Below are positions 11,336 to 24,500 of a stretch of 64,000 nt of DNA, piece by piece (position 1 is the first letter of the stretch; each line of letters opens with the position of its first letter). Under the pieces are notes generated by a model. The model saw nothing but the letters and a program-made list of their open reading frames with translations, was not told the origin of the DNA and made no database searches. The position numbers and the translations under genes are program-made. Origin of the DNA: Centroscyllium fabricii (Eukaryota). The stretch lies in assembly GCA_051313645.2 (NCBI GenBank), contig JBNRSN020000005.1, forward strand, positions 335,854,001-335,918,000, read 5' to 3'.

Positions 11336-12104
11336 GGCCCAGAAATTGCAGTGGAGCCTTCGTGCGGGTGCAGTACCTGCTAGTTGCACTTGAGCTGCCC
11401 ATAATCCGGTTTGCTTTTTTGCACTCAGAAATTGCAGTTAGCCCAGCTTGTCAGAGCTCTGTGTGAGATTCATGGGCATCTGAATGGCATAATTAGTGAG
11501 AGATGGCTTTTGAGACCACGTGATTGGCAGGGAGCCAATCAGTGGAACCAATCCTCCGTTCAAAACTTCCACTGAGAAATCTGTGCAAGTTTTCAATGGA
11601 GAGATTACCCAAAAGACATCTAAACTCAAAAATAAAATTTTAAAAACACCACTTTTTTTTAACAATACCCCAACTAACAAAAATAACCTATTTTAAAGAA
11701 AAAATAAAAATTTACAGAATTTTTTTTCAACTTCTAACAGGTCTAAAAAAGTACTTACCTGTCTTTAAAGTTATCAACAATTAAAAACCTGAAAAAACAA
11801 CAATTAATATCAATAAAATACACACTTACCAGATAAAAACGGCTACTTACGACTCCTTTTTTCCAGCGTAGAATCTCCTGGTCTTGGTCCGTAGAAAAAG
11901 TTTTTAAAAAAAACGAATTACTGGACGCAACCCGTACTTCGATGGTTCCTGCGTTGGACCTCGCAGGAACTCGACCCCCCCCCCCCCGCTGGGCGGCACA
12001 GGAATGACTGAAGCAGCGCAAACGGCTGCTTCCTGCAGGTTTAAGCTCTGGTGCGCTCGCACCACAGCTTAAACCCGATATGGGCAGACTGCAATTTCTG
12101 GCCC
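11336..12104. mobile_element. Harbinger-type MITE
   Basis: TIRs GGCCCAGAAATTGCAGT / ACTGCAATTTCTGGCCC; 3-bp flanks AAT/AAA. Confidence 0.7.
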
Positions 12105-12319
12105 AAAATATAAATTTTTAAAAAACCATCACGTTTTTAAAATGAGCTAAAATTACATTAAATTAAATATTTAATTTTTTGTAAAAAAAAATAATTAAGG
12201 TTTTTACAGGGCTAAAAATAAACTTACCTTTTTAAAAAGTATTTAAAAATTATAAATGACTGAAAAAAAGTTTTTTAAAAAACTTTTTAAAACTCTCATG
12301 CTTTTAACAGGTGTAAGAT

Positions 12320-12950
12320 TTCAATTCAATTTCAATTTTATTTGTCACGTGTACTAAATACAACCAGTGTAATCTAGACAGTGAAATGCTTTTTTCACGG
12401 TTCGAACGCCCCGCGCAACAAAGAACACTAAGCTGCCCGACACACCCGGAGCCCGTGAGACGGCAGCCACCTCACCAGCGCCATCAATCACAAGTCCCGT
12501 TCTCGCACCGCTCTGGCCTCTCCTGCACGCAAAGTCCTTTCTGCTGTTTCACTCGCCGACCTCCTTCTGATCTTTCACTCGCTCCCCTGCATCCTCTCGA
12601 TAGACCTGGGCTCCGGGTGCTGCATTTGAAGGCCCTGGGCCTGCTGCTTGGTCCGACACCATGCCGGCTCCTTCCGAGTCCGCCGAGCTCCGAAGCGCCT
12701 GGAGGCCTGTGATCTGCCTGTCGGGCTGCCCTGAACCCTCTCGGGACCTGGGCTCGGGGTGGGGGGCGGGGGGAGCGCGTTCGAAGGCCCTGGTCCCTTG
12801 CCTCGTGGCTCCAGCCGAGTCCGCCGAGCTCCGGGAGCAGTGCCCGGAGGCCTGAGGCCTAGCCGGCTCCCCGAGTCCTCCGGGCTCCCCGTTCTACTGC
12901 TCGCTCCCGACTGCCTTCCTCATCCTACCGTCCACGCCAGGCTCCTCCTA
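12320..12950 (-). mobile_element. GC-rich non-autonomous retroposon with GTGACAAATAAA(ATTGA)n tail (Rex1/Babar-like tail)
   Basis: Reverse-complement homolog of 31450-31850 (shared CTAGACAGTGAAATGC, GCGCAACAA.GAACA.TAAGCTGCCCG). Confidence 0.55.
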
Positions 12951-13350
12951 GGGCGGCACGGTGGCGCAGCGGTTAGCACTGTTGTCTCACAGCACTGGAG
13001 ACCCAGGTTCAAATCCGGCCTCGGGTGACTATCTGTGTGGAGTTTGCACATTCTCCCCGTGTCTGCGTGGGTTTCCTCCGGGTGCTCCGGTTTCCTCCCA
13101 CAGTCCAAAGATGTGTGGGTTAGGTTGATTGGCCATGATAAATTGACCCTTAGTGTTAGGGGGATTGAATGTGGGGTTATGGGGATAGGGTGGGATATGT
13201 GTCGATGCAGGCTCGATAGGGATCGAGGGATATGGGGAGAGGGCAGGGGCGGGGTACTGGGTTTGGATGATCAGCCATGATCTCATTGAATGGCGGAGCA
13301 GGCTCGAATGGCCTACTCCTGCTCCTATCTTCTATGTTTCTATGTTTCCT
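12951..13350 (+). mobile_element. HE1-like V-SINE, full length
   Basis: tRNA head, V-domain, tail (CTATGTTT)n. Confidence 0.92.
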
Positions 13351-14234
13351 CATGGACGGATTTCTCAGGGTTTTCAGTGGGCAGAGGTTCTGCAGAAAGC
13401 GGAATTCTCCACCTGCAGAGGCCCTTCTCCAGGGCAAGCGTCTGATCTGTCGAGGATTCTTGACAGATCGGAAATGCTGGGTTTCAGTGCATACACTTCG
13501 CATCCCTGAATCCGTCATTTCCGATGTCCCTGCAGGTGCATACACAGCCTGTACACGCCCGTGGACATTGGAAAATACGCGCCATTGTTTTGAATTGCTA
13601 ATTTTCAGTTGCTAAGTGTAAACTGAAGATTACTCCTGAATGAAATAATGGTTTATCCATTGTCTTTGACCAGATGTAATTGATGGGGCCATTACAAATA
13701 AAAGATTCATATATGGATGATAATGAAAGGAAAGAGTAAAATAAATGTCCCAACTGTTATGGGCTGTTGCTCAGTCTTTATATATATTTTGTATATTTTG
13801 TAATGTGTATTTTGTAACTTTGTAAATTTGATTGATGATTATTTTTTGTTTTTCTGTTAAAGCACTGTTGAGGAGCTATGCACACAAGTTTTTCACTCGC
13901 ATTTATAACTGCATATCTGTGATGTGACAATAAAATGAACCTGAAAAAAGAAGTGACAGCACAGAAGGAGGTCATTCAGCCAATGTTAGCTCCATTTTGG
14001 GGCAATCTGCTCTGCTTCTCCCCCCTCTTGTGTTGATCTAATTTGCTCCTCAAATGTTGCGATTGACTCAACTTCAGTCACTTGTGGTAATCCATTCCAT
14101 ATCCTAATGAATCTTTGCCTGACGCATGCAAAATGTTCTTCTAACCTCCACCGTGTCGCTTCTAGTCCTGCTCCCTTGTTCCAATTCGCCAGCCAATGGA
14201 AAACATGTGGAGTGCAGTGTTGAGAGAATTAAAA

Positions 14235-15085
14235 GGAAACCCCTTCAAATCGGACTAGCTTTCTACAACTATCAGGAAAGGCTGAACACGCTGGGGTTCT
14301 TCACTCCAGAAAAGAGAAGGCTGAGGGCTGACCTGATAGAGATATTTAAAAATTATGAAGGGGTGTCTATAGGGTAGATGCAGAGAAACATAGAAACTAG
14401 GAGCAGGAGTCGGCCATTCGGCCCTTCGAGCCTGCTCCGCCATTCAATGAGATCATGGCTGATCATCCAAACCCAGTACCCTGTCCCTGCCTTCTCCCCA
14501 AATCCCTATCGAGCCTGCACCGACACATATCCCACCCTATCCCCGTAACCCCACATATTTAATCCCCCTAACACTAAGGGTTAATTTATCCTGGCCTATC
14601 AACCTAACCCGCACATCTTTGGACTGTGGGAGGAAACCGGAGCACCCGGAGGAAACCCACGCAGACACGGGGAGAATGTGCAAACTCCACACAGATAGTA
14701 CCCGAGGCTGGATTTGAACCCGGGTCTCCAGTGCTGTGAGACAACAATGCTAACCACTGTGCCACCGTGCCGCCCACTTGTGGAAGAGACCAAAACTAGG
14801 GGCCATCAATATAAAATAGTCAGTAATAAATCCAATAGTCAATTAAGGAGAACGTTGTTTACCCAGAGAGTGGTTAGAATGTGGAACTCGCTACCACAGG
14901 GAGTGGTTGAGGCAATTAGAGATGCCTTTAAGGGGAAGCTGAATAAACACATGAGGGAGAAAGGAATAGAAGGATAGGCTGATAGGGTGAGATGAAGAGG
15001 GGTGGGAGGAGGCTCGAGTGGAGCATAAACACCGGCATTGACCCGTTGGTCTGAATGGCCTGTTTCTGTGCTGCAAACACTCTGT
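14235..15085 (+). mobile_element. CR1 3' fragment interrupted by a minus-strand HE1-like SINE (14386-14775)
   Basis: YQERLNTLGFFTPEKRRLRADLIEIFK ... KTRGHQYK..FTQRVVRMWNSLP; SINE in opposite orientation between the two parts. Confidence 0.82.
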
Positions 15086-15089
15086 AATA

Positions 15090-15531
15090 TAATCCGGCAC
15101 CGTTAATCCGGACACCGTTAATCCGGAAACTTCAGTCGTCCGGAACGAATCCGGCCGACTGGTCTGTGCATGCGTGAAATGGCCGCCGCGCTTGGCTGCG
15201 CATGCCCGGCCCTCTCCCCGACTGCCCGACTGGTGTGCGCACGCGCAGAATGGCCGCCGCGCTTGGCTGCGCATGCCCGGGCCTCTCCCCGACTGGTCTG
15301 CGCACGCGCAAAATGGCCACCGCGCTTGGCTGCGCATGCCCGGGCCTCTCCCCGAACGATTGATGCTTCGGCGAGCGCATGCGCAGACCATTCAAAATGG
15401 CCACCGGCGTGCGCGGTGGCCATTTTTGAATGGTCTGCGCATGCGCTCGCCGAAGCTTCAGTCGTTCGGATTTTTCACTAGTCCGGCACCGGCCTGGTCC
15501 CGACCGTGCCGGATTAACGGTGTCGGACCTG
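15090..15531. mobile_element. Tigger-like MITE with ~60-bp GCGCATGC/AAATGGCC repeat array
   Basis: Subterminal CACCGTTAATCCGG / CCGGATTAACGGTG; same family as 38805-39340. Confidence 0.8.
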
Positions 15532-16149
15532 GATATTTAAGGTGCAGAGTGGGGTTTGAGTCAGCAACAAGCAATGGCATCAGAGTGCAGCAGAGGGCAC
15601 TGTTGACGCTGAAACGCTTCACTGGGTCATATAATGAAATACATTAAATGTTATATTTAAAGGAAAAGGATACCTGGTGATTTTAATAAGATTAGTGACA
15701 TTAATTTAACGGCATGATTGGTTTCTCCTATTACATTTTTTTTTAATGTATCATATAAAATACTGCGCAGCATTTGTGCAGTGCAGCAGTGTGCTCAGCA
15801 GAGAGCTGGGAGCGAGCTTTCACCTTGATGAAAGATGCACCAAGTATCTGGGTGTTAGAGGTTTTATTGGACTTGTGCAATGTACATCTTTTCGACCTCA
15901 TTTAAAGATGATTAACAGGTGCACTGATGGGAAGGATGAGGTTATGATTAACTTGTATCAGAAACATTTTGGATGTTTGTTTCTGTGCTGTTGATTTTTT
16001 TGGTCAAAGATCTTCCCATCCCAATTTTCTTCCCTCCCAGATACTCATACTGGAGTACAGTTCCCCCCCACCTCACCTAACACCCTCCCAGTTGGCTATT
16101 CTAGATCGAATAACCCACTGGCACACATTGTCTGGGTCACATTTGATAA

Positions 16150-16470
16150 ATAACGGTTTGCATTTATATAGCGCCTTCAACGTAGTAAAACGCCCCAGGG
16201 CGCATCACAGGAGCGTAAATCGGACAATATCTGGCACCAAGCCACATGAGATATTGGGACAGGTGACCCAACGCCTGGTCAAAGAGGTCGGTTTTAAGGA
16301 GCGTCTTAAAGGAGTAGAGAGAGGCGGAGAGGTTTAGGGAGGGAATTCCAGAGCTTGGGACCCAGGCAGCTGAAGGCACGGCCGCCAATGGTGGGGGCGA
16401 AGGAAATCGGGGATGCGCAAGAGGCCAGAATTGGAGGAGCGCCGAGATCTGGAAGGGTTGTAGCGGGTGT
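16150..16470 (-). mobile_element. L2 LINE 3' fragment
   Basis: PTIGGRAFSCLGPKLWNSLP..SFKTLLKTDLF; tail GGCGCTATATAAATGCAA, shared with the Deu-SINE tail. Confidence 0.78.
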
Positions 16471-16493
16471 TAGAACCAGAAGACATTGCAATT

Positions 16494-17940
16494 CAGCTGT
16501 GGCTCAGCGGGTAGCACACTCTCGCCTCTGAGTCAGAGGTTGTGGGTTTAAGTCCCACTCCAGAGACTTGAGAACAATCTAGGCTGACACTCCCAGTGCA
16601 GTGCTGAGGGAGTGCTGCACTGTCAGAGGTGCCGTCTTTCAGATGAGATGATAAACCTCACGTGGATGTAGAAGATCCCATGGCACTGTTTCGAATATAT
16701 ATTAATGATCTGGACCAGGGAATTGGATGCAACATCTCCAAATTTGCAGACGACACTAAACTAGGAGGGGGGGTGGGCTCTGAAGAAGATGTCAGGAAGC
16801 TCCAGTGCGATTTGGATAAGTTGGGGGAATGGGCGGATACATGGCAAATGCACTATAATGTGGATAAATGTGAGGTTATCCACTTTGGGGGCAAAAACAG
16901 GAGGGCAGATTATTATTTAAATGGCAATAGATTGGAAGATGGGGAAGTGCAGAGAGACCTGGGTGTTCTTGTGCACCAGTCACTGAGGGCGAGCATGCAG
17001 GTGTAACAGGCGGTTAAGAAGGCAAATGGTATGTTGGTCTTCATATCAAGAGGGTTCGAGTATAGGAATAAGGATACCTTACTACAGCTGTACAAGGCAC
17101 TGGTGAGACCACACCTTGAGTATTGTGTACAGTTTTGGTCGCCTCATCTGAGGAAGGATGTTCTTGCCATGGAAGGAGTGCAGCGGCGATTCACCAGGAT
17201 GATACCTGGAATGGCAGGAATGACCTACGAGGAGAGATTGTGTAGTTTGGGCTTGTACTCGCTGGAGTTTAGAAGATTGAGAGGGGATCTCATAAGAAAC
17301 ATATAAAATTCTGACAGGCCTGGACAGGTTAAATTCAGAAAGAATGTTTCCAATGGCAGGGGAGTCCAGAACCAGGGGCCACAGTCTAAGGATAAGGGGT
17401 AAACCATTTAGGACTGAGATGAGGAAGAATTTCTTCACCCAGAGAGTGGTGAGCCTGTGGAATTCCTTGCCACAGAGGGCAGTGGAGGCCAGTTCATTAA
17501 ATATATTTAAGAGGGAATTGGATACATTTCTTCAGGCTAAAGGGATTAAGGGTTACGGAGAGAAGGCGGGGACAGGGTACTGAACTTGAAAGATCAGCCA
17601 TGATCTCAGCCAAAGATCAGCCATGATCTCATTAAATGGCGGAGCGGGCTCGAAGGGCCGAATGGCCTACTCCTGCTCCTATCTTCTATGTTTCTAAGAG
17701 CAGGGGAGTTCTCCCTGGTGTCCTGGGGCCAATGTTTATCCCTCAACCAACATCACTAAAAACAGATTATCTGCTCATTATTTCATTGCTGTTTGTGGGA
17801 GCTTGCTGTGCGCAATTTGGCTATCGCGTTTCCTACATCACAACAGTGACAACACTTCAAAAGTACTTCATTGACTGTAAAGCACTTTGGGATGCCCTGA
17901 GGACATGAAAGGCGCTATAGAAACGCAAGTCTCTCTTTTT
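16494..17940 (+). mobile_element. SacSINE1-like Deu-SINE split by a CR1 insertion
   Basis: Head GGCTCAGCGGGTAGCAC..., Deu core AGATCCCATGGCACT|...|AAGAGCAGGGGAGTTCTCCC, L2-type tail. Confidence 0.82.
16695..17695 (+). mobile_element. 5'-truncated CR1 LINE (RT C-terminus plus 3' UTR)
   Basis: IYINDLDQGIGCNISKFADDTKLGG, LYKALVRPHLEYCVQFWSP, RKNFFTQRVVSLWNSLP; stop at 17004-17006 and a frameshift near 17300. Confidence 0.95.
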
Positions 17941-18859
17941 CTAGTGAATCTGGTCTTTTCCTCACCTGATGGTCACTTCTCTCAACCGATGTTTGACAGT
18001 TTTCCTCTCCTGAAGCCTTTGGCTCCTCGCAGGGGTGCAATACCATGGGATCGGCTTGGCCTTCCTGTGTGAGCCGAGATGGTGAGAGTGGGCAGTCTGT
18101 TCGACAGCAGATGCTTCCTCAGCAAAGTCCAATCCCACCCGCACCTGTCGTCCACACCTGTGCGCCTCCAGCAGGACGCCGATCAAGAACAACGAGTCCC
18201 CTCGGCAACTTTCGCGTCCATAACCCGGGGGGCTGCTGAGGCCAATTGTGAAGCCTCGGCCAACTCAGGACAGATCAGTGATCAGATCCGGGTGTTTAAC
18301 TGGTAAATGGATTAACAGATAACAAGCACTTAGTCCATATGACTTCTTGGACTGGTTTCGATTGGCCAAGGGGGTCCGAGAGGAACTTTCCAGAACTTTC
18401 CTCCCCCTTATTGGCATTGGGTTTTTCACTGGTTAGTTGCCACTCCCAGACATTTGCAAAGTAAAATACTTGACTGGTTAGGCATTGTAAGAATTCCACT
18501 GGTTTCTCAGTTGTTTCCCTTTTTAAATCTTTGAACATGATTGTAAGGATTCCATCCATATTTTACATGGGCAGAAGACTTCTCATTGCCTGAAGCTCTG
18601 TTCAATATACATGGCGCAGATGAGATGGAACGTGTCATTATTATTTTTTTACGGACTAATTTTCTGTGCTGAGTATTAAACCGCTGCGGGGGTTGATGGG
18701 GGGAGGAAGTGTCTGGTGATGCTCCAGCCATCCTAAGCATGAGGCAGGCCTGATGGCCCAGCTGACCTTTTCCTGCCCTTTATTTTCATACCTTCGTAAC
18801 TTCCTTGTGTGCCACAATTATTCATTGGCTAAGCCCACTGAGCAGGAACTATCGGTGGC

Positions 18860-19145
18860 TATTCTTCAAGTGTCAGCCTAGACTATTTGACTGTGTAGAG
18901 CATCACAACAGAGTCCAACCCATTTCGTGACTGGTGGGTGAATACGGGACCCGTCCATCTGGGAACAGTGGACAGCAATTGAGGCCTGGAGCCCTGACCG
19001 ATCTTATTGCTCCTCCCTTACCCCAAAGGCAAGTAGTGTTCCATTAAGCTGAGCTAATCCAATGCAAATCAGAAATGGATCCTGGGATCTTTCTAGTCTG
19101 TGTAGCTCAGCAACACGAGGTGCATTTACTGACTGAGCCATCAGA
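18860..19145 (-). mobile_element. Old tRNA-derived SINE of a third family (related copies near 18060-18290 on - and 49670-49850 on +)
   Basis: Minus strand begins CTGATGGCTCAGTCAGTAAATGC...CTGAGCTACACAGAC..TCCCAGG; similar text at 49670-49850. Highly diverged. Confidence 0.4.
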
Positions 19146-19158
19146 GGCCTTTACTTGA

Positions 19159-19568
19159 TTGGCCACCACCTTAAACATTCACTCCCTCCACCACCGGCGT
19201 ACCGTGGCTGCAGTGTGTACCATCTACAAGATGCACTGTAGCAACTCGCCAAGGCTTCTTCGGCAGCACCTCCCAAACCCACAACCTCTACTGACTAGAA
19301 GGACAAGGGCAGCAGGCGCATGGGAACACCACCGTTCCCCTCTAAGTCACACACCATCCTGACTTGGAAGTATATCGGCCGTTCCTTCATCGTCGCTGGG
19401 TCAAAATCCTGGAACTCCCTCCCTAACAGCACTGTGGGAGTACCATCACCACACGGACTGCAGCGGTTCAAGAAGGCGGCTCACCACCACCTTCTCAAGG
19501 ACAACTAGGGATGGGCAATAAACGCCGGCCTTGCCAGTGACACCCACATCCTGCGAATTAATAAAAAA
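19159..19568 (+). mobile_element. 3' end of a CR1-group LINE (second family)
   Basis: LNIHSLHHRRTVAAVCTIYKMH...GSKSWNSLP..QRFKKAAHHHLLK followed by an A-rich tail. Confidence 0.75.
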
Positions 19569-19791
19569 ACCTTCCGTTTGTTTTTATTCCGGTCTTGCAA
19601 TGCTCAAGAACGTAACCAGTGAAGTAAGAAAAGACCCTCAATCTGGCTCCTTCTACTCCCCAATGATACTTAGCAAGATTATCCGCCGAGTAGCTAAGCC
19701 CTTCAGAACAGGAGGGTCCCAGACCGCGCTCCAGATCGCAGCTGAGTCGATAGATGTGCTACCAGTGGCCATAGTGGCCTTAGCATAGGGA

Positions 19792-20171
19792 TAGGGTTCC
19801 CAACTTTGGCTGGACGTATTCCTGGAGGTTTCGTCACATGACCTTCTGCCTTGAACAGCCACCCCCCCCCCATACTCCCGCCATTGGCTGCCCAACACGT
19901 CCATCCTTGCGGTGCCCCATCTTCCCACGGCCAATCTGAAAGCAAAGACTCTTCATTACCTGATTGGATGATTTTTGACTCTCAGTCGAACAGCCTTTAT
20001 TCCCATCCCAGATATTTTTTATTGCCAAAGTGTTGAAAGAACTTTTTTTTAAACACAATTATTTTATTGCCCCTATGATTTTTCTCCTGGTGTTGCTCAC
20101 ATTAGTGTCCTGGGGGTTAGCTTTCCATTCCTGGGAGACTCCGGGGAAATCCTGGAGTGTTGGCAACACTA
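19792..20171. mobile_element. Old hAT (Tip100/Blackjack-like) MITE
   Basis: TIRs TAGGGTTCCCAAC / GTTGGCAACACTA; 8-bp flanks CATAGGGA / CTTATGGA (6/8 match). Confidence 0.6.
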
Positions 20172-20228
20172 CTTATGGAGGTTAGGCTGGCCCTCATGCG
20201 CCTGATCTCTATCCAGTAGCCAGTGTCC

Positions 20229-21020
20229 CAGCCGGGGCTCAGTGGGTAGCACACTTGACTTGTTCTTGAGTCAGAAGGTTGTGGGTTCAAGTCCCACTCC
20301 AGAAACTTGAGCATAAAAATTCAGGCTGACACTCCCAGTGCAGTATTAAGGGAGTGCTGCACTGTTGGAGGTGCTGTCTTTTGGATGAGATGTTAAACTG
20401 AGGACCCATCAGCTGCTCTAGCTGGGTGTAAAAGATCCCATGGCCACTATTTCAAAGAAGAGCAGGGGAGTTATCCCCGGTGTCCTGGCCAATATTTGTC
20501 CCTCAACCTACATTATTAAAACAGATTATCTGGTCATTATTGCTTGCTGTGTGCAAATTGGCTGCCGTTTCTCCTACATTACAACAGTGACTACGTCACA
20601 GCTTGCCATAAGCAGAGGGACAACCAGTGACCATTGAAGCTAGGAAGAGCCTACAAGCTCTATATGCGGGTATATATGTATGTGTTTGCATAGCTATTCA
20701 TTCAATACATCTGGTTATGCATTTGTATGTCCAATTGTATATATTCTTTTTAGATCTATATGCGGGTTTTTATTTGTATGTGTATGCATAGTTATTCATT
20801 CAATACGTCTGGTTATGCATTTTGTATGTCCAATTGTATATGTCCTTTTTCTGTGCTTTGGCAACATAGGATGTATCTTGTCATGCCAATAAAGCAATTT
20901 GAATTGAATTGAATTGAATTGACTACACGTCAAAAAGTACTTCATTGGCTGTAAAGCGCTTTGAGGCATCCATCCGGTGATCGTGAAAGGCGCTACAGAA
21001 ATGCTGCAAGTCTTTCTTTC
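20229..21020 (+). mobile_element. Deu-SINE with an inserted LINE 3' end (20595-20920, same family as 51000-51850)
   Basis: Insert ends ...TACHKQRDNQ*, UTR CTTTGGCAACATAGG..CATGCCAATAAAG(AATTG)n; GACTAC duplicated at the junctions. Confidence 0.8.
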
Positions 21021-21505
21021 TGCTGGAGGCATGCACATGTCGGGGTGAGGGTCGAGGTGGGCTGCGAAGCCCCTCGTGGATTGAATGACCTGTGAAGGCT
21101 CACCTATGAAGAATTTCCTACTTATACTAGATACCGGAGAGAGAATTCAGCGTCTTCAGGATGGGAGGAGAAAAATTGATAATTAAAAAAAAAGACGCAA
21201 ATCTGTTGTAGGCCCAACACAATCCCCTGAGGGGAATGTGCCTCAGTATTTTCCCGTGGTTCCCTCTCAAAGAGAAATCAAAGACCTCCATCTTCAAATA
21301 TTAACACCTCCAGAGTTTAGAAAAGCCACAAAGCTCGGCTGAGAATTGAATGAAAAATATATCATGGTGTGAGGAACTGGAAGAAGCGAGAGTCTCCCTA
21401 CCAGAATGGAATCACGGGAACATTTCAAAGCAGTAAGAGAAAACAAAAGCGCAGAGAATCTAAGCGAGTGGGAGAAGGGAAAACTGAACAAAGTAAAATG
21501 AACGC

Positions 21506-24500
21506 TGTTGAGGCCTGCAAGGCTGAAGGACCACGCTGGACACAGAGAGGTTGAATGCAGAGTTTTTATTAACTACTTGTTACAGCTAGGGCCAGGTAGG
21601 GAGAAAGAGAGAGAGCCACCTGGCTCTCAGATATTTAAAGGTCCCGCGGCTGGGGACGTCACTGCCGGCTGGCCACCTGGTGACGTCATCACGTCGGGGA
21701 AGTCCGTGCGTCCTCCGACGGGCGGGGCCGCTTTGCAGCCTTCCCAGCGCGGGTTCGTGGCTGCCGGTGGGCGTGTCGCCACACAGCTCCCCCCCAGAAT
21801 CCGCGAGGGGAAGTGTAGTTTCCTAGAGGAGAGGGAGACAAAAAGGAGAGCAGACACACATTTCGATTACACACAGAATGTCCGACAGTTTGCCGCAATG
21901 GCCTGGTGTTGTGGCCGGCAGGTGTTGTGTGCTGTTCCGTGGTTCGAAAGATGGTGTTGTGGCGGGCCGTCTATGCTCTGCCCGTGTCGCCTCAGGCGAG
22001 GCGCTTAGGTGGCCTGATGGTACGGCCGGCACGTGTGATGTGTTGCTTGTTGGTCTGTGTGGGAGTGTGGGCGGGTTTTGGTGCGGTAGGGCGGCCGCGT
22101 TTAGGTGGTTGTGCGGGGACTGTTGTCTCGCCCGCCATTACGTGTGCTGGTTTGAGCCGGTCAATGGATACGGTCTCAGTTCTGTTGCCCATTTGAATGT
22201 CAAAAGTCTTGGGTCCCGCCCGAAGCACTCTGAATGGCCCGTCGTACGGTGCCTGCAGCGGTGCTTTGTGAGAGTCATGGCGGACAAACACGTACTTGGC
22301 GTCCTGAATGGTGTTGGGGACGCGTGTCGCCGGTTGACCGTGGCGGGCCACCGGAAGTGGTTTGAATTCTGCTGCCTGGTTGTTGAATTCCCTGAGGCAG
22401 CGCTCGGCCGACCAGGGTTCGTTTGTTTCTGCGACGAACTCGCCTGGTACGGTTAGTGGTTGGCCGTAAACGAGTTCGGCTGCCGAGGCGTGTAGATCTT
22501 CTTTGGCCGCTGTGCGGAGGCCGAGCATTACCCAGGGCAGGCGGTCCGTCCAGGTTGCGTCCTGGAGGCTGGCCCGCAGGGATGTTTTAAAAGTTCGGTG
22601 GAACCGTTCGCAGAGGCCGTTGGCTTGCGGGTGGTAGGCAGTGGTTCGGTGCAGGGTTACCCCAAGGTCGTGAGCGATGGTTGACCATAGAGTTGAAGTG
22701 AATTGGGGGCCCCTGTCTGAAGTAATGTCGTTGGGGACGCCGAAGCGGGCGACCCAGGTGGCGATGAAGGCCCTGGCCAGTTCGGCGGTGGTGGTCGGGT
22801 GGTGCGGTCGACCATTGTGAGGAGGTACAAGTGTCCACGTGATGGGGGTAGTGGTCCAACCAGGTCGATGTGCACGTGGCTGAAGCGTCTGGCTGGGATG
22901 GCGATTGGTTGGAGCGGTGCTTTGATGTGTTTGTGCACCTTGGCTCGCTGGCAGGCATTGCACGAGGTGGTCCAGGCGCGGACATCTTGTTTTAGGCCGC
23001 GCCAAACGAATCGCGCAGAGATGAGCTTGGTGGATGCGCGGACGCCGGGGTGGGAGAGGCCGTGGAGGGTCTGGAAGATGTGCTGCCTCCACGCGAGGGG
23101 CACCACGGGCCTGGGTTGGGGCAGGGTGACGTCGCAGCGGACCGCCGTGGCTGTGGGTCCGTGTGCTACGGTGGCCAAGAGTAGGCCGGGAAGTTTGTTG
23201 GTGGGGTCGAGGAGGTCGGGATCGCTGAGTTGGTCGGCCGCCATTTTGACGTAGTCGACCGCGGTCTGGACAGTGTTGGTGGTTGGGAATGCGCAGCAGT
23301 GTGCGCAGGCGCGGTTGGTGGCTGGGGTTGGAGGGTGGTCGGCGGTTTGGGTGCCGGTTGTGCCTGCGCTGCTGATGGCGGGGCCCGCGGGGTGGTCGGG
23401 GTTGGGCTTGTGAATGGCGGGTCGTGAGAGGCAGTCGGCGACCACATTGTCGCGGCCGGCAATGTGCTGGATGTCGGTCGTGAACTCGGACACGGCCGCG
23501 AGCTGGCGCTGCTGCCTGGCCGACCAGGGTTCGGAGAGCTTAGCCATTGCGGAGACTAATGGTTTGTGGTCCACAAATGCTGTAAAGTGGCGGCCCTCTA
23601 AAAGGAAGCGGAAGTGGCGCACTGCGAGGTAGAGAGCGAGTAGCTCCCTATCGAAGGCGCTGTACTTGACCTCTGGGGGCCGGAGGCGGCGGCTGAAAAA
23701 GGCCAGTGGTTGCCATGAGTCGCCCGACCACTGCTCGAAGAGTGCTCCGACAGCGTGGTCGGAGGCGTCGGTGGTGAGGGCTACTCTGGCGTTGGGCCTG
23801 GGGTGGCTGAGGAGGGTGGCTTTGGCAAGGGCCGTTTTGGTTGCGGTGAAAGCGGTGGCGGCTTCGGCCGTCCACTCGACCGCGGTCTTGTTGGATTGCC
23901 CGTGGGTGGCCTGGTAGAGGGGGGCCATGAGGGCGGCTGCGCCGGGGATGAAACGGTTGTAAAAATTAACCATTCCAAGGAATTCCTGCAGCCCCTTGAT
24001 GGAGTGCGGGCGGGGGAATTCCTGGACCGCCTGCACCTTGGAGGGCAGGGGTATGGCCCCGGTGTGGGAGATGTGGTGGCCGAGGAAGTCAATAGCCTCG
24101 AGGCCGAATCGGCACTTGGAGGGGCTTAATATGAGGCCGTGGTCGGCCAGGCGTTTAAAAAGGGTTCTGAGGTGGATGAGGTGTTCCCGGGGGGAGGCGC
24201 TGGCCACCAGGATGTCGTCGAGATAGACGAATGTGAACTGGAGGTCCCGGAGGACTGAGTCCATGAGGCGCTGGAAAGCCTGGGCCGCGTTTTTGAGTCC
24301 GAAGGGCATCCGGAGAAATTCAAATAGGCCGAATGGGGTGATGACGGCTGTCTTAGGGACATCCGCCGGGTGCACTGGAACTTGGTGGTAGCCCCGTACC
24401 AGGTCGATCTTTGAAAAGACCGTGCAGCCGGCTAGCCTCACGGAAAAATCCTGGATGTGGGGGACTGGGTACCTATCCGGGGTGGTGGCGTTGTTGAGGC

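Noticed and set aside
12951-13030. tRNA genes at the heads of the repeated elements
   Set aside because: A/B-box heads continue into V-SINE or Deu-SINE bodies and LINE-derived tails; they are SINEs.
14891-15647. Cys-rich repetitive ORFs (CACAAKRGGH...), also at 38751-39265
   Set aside because: Translations of the MITE minisatellite, open in many frames on both strands.
21784-21991. env-like gene downstream of pol in the CsRN1 element
   Set aside because: Only ~200 bp of UTR between the integrase stop and the PPT.
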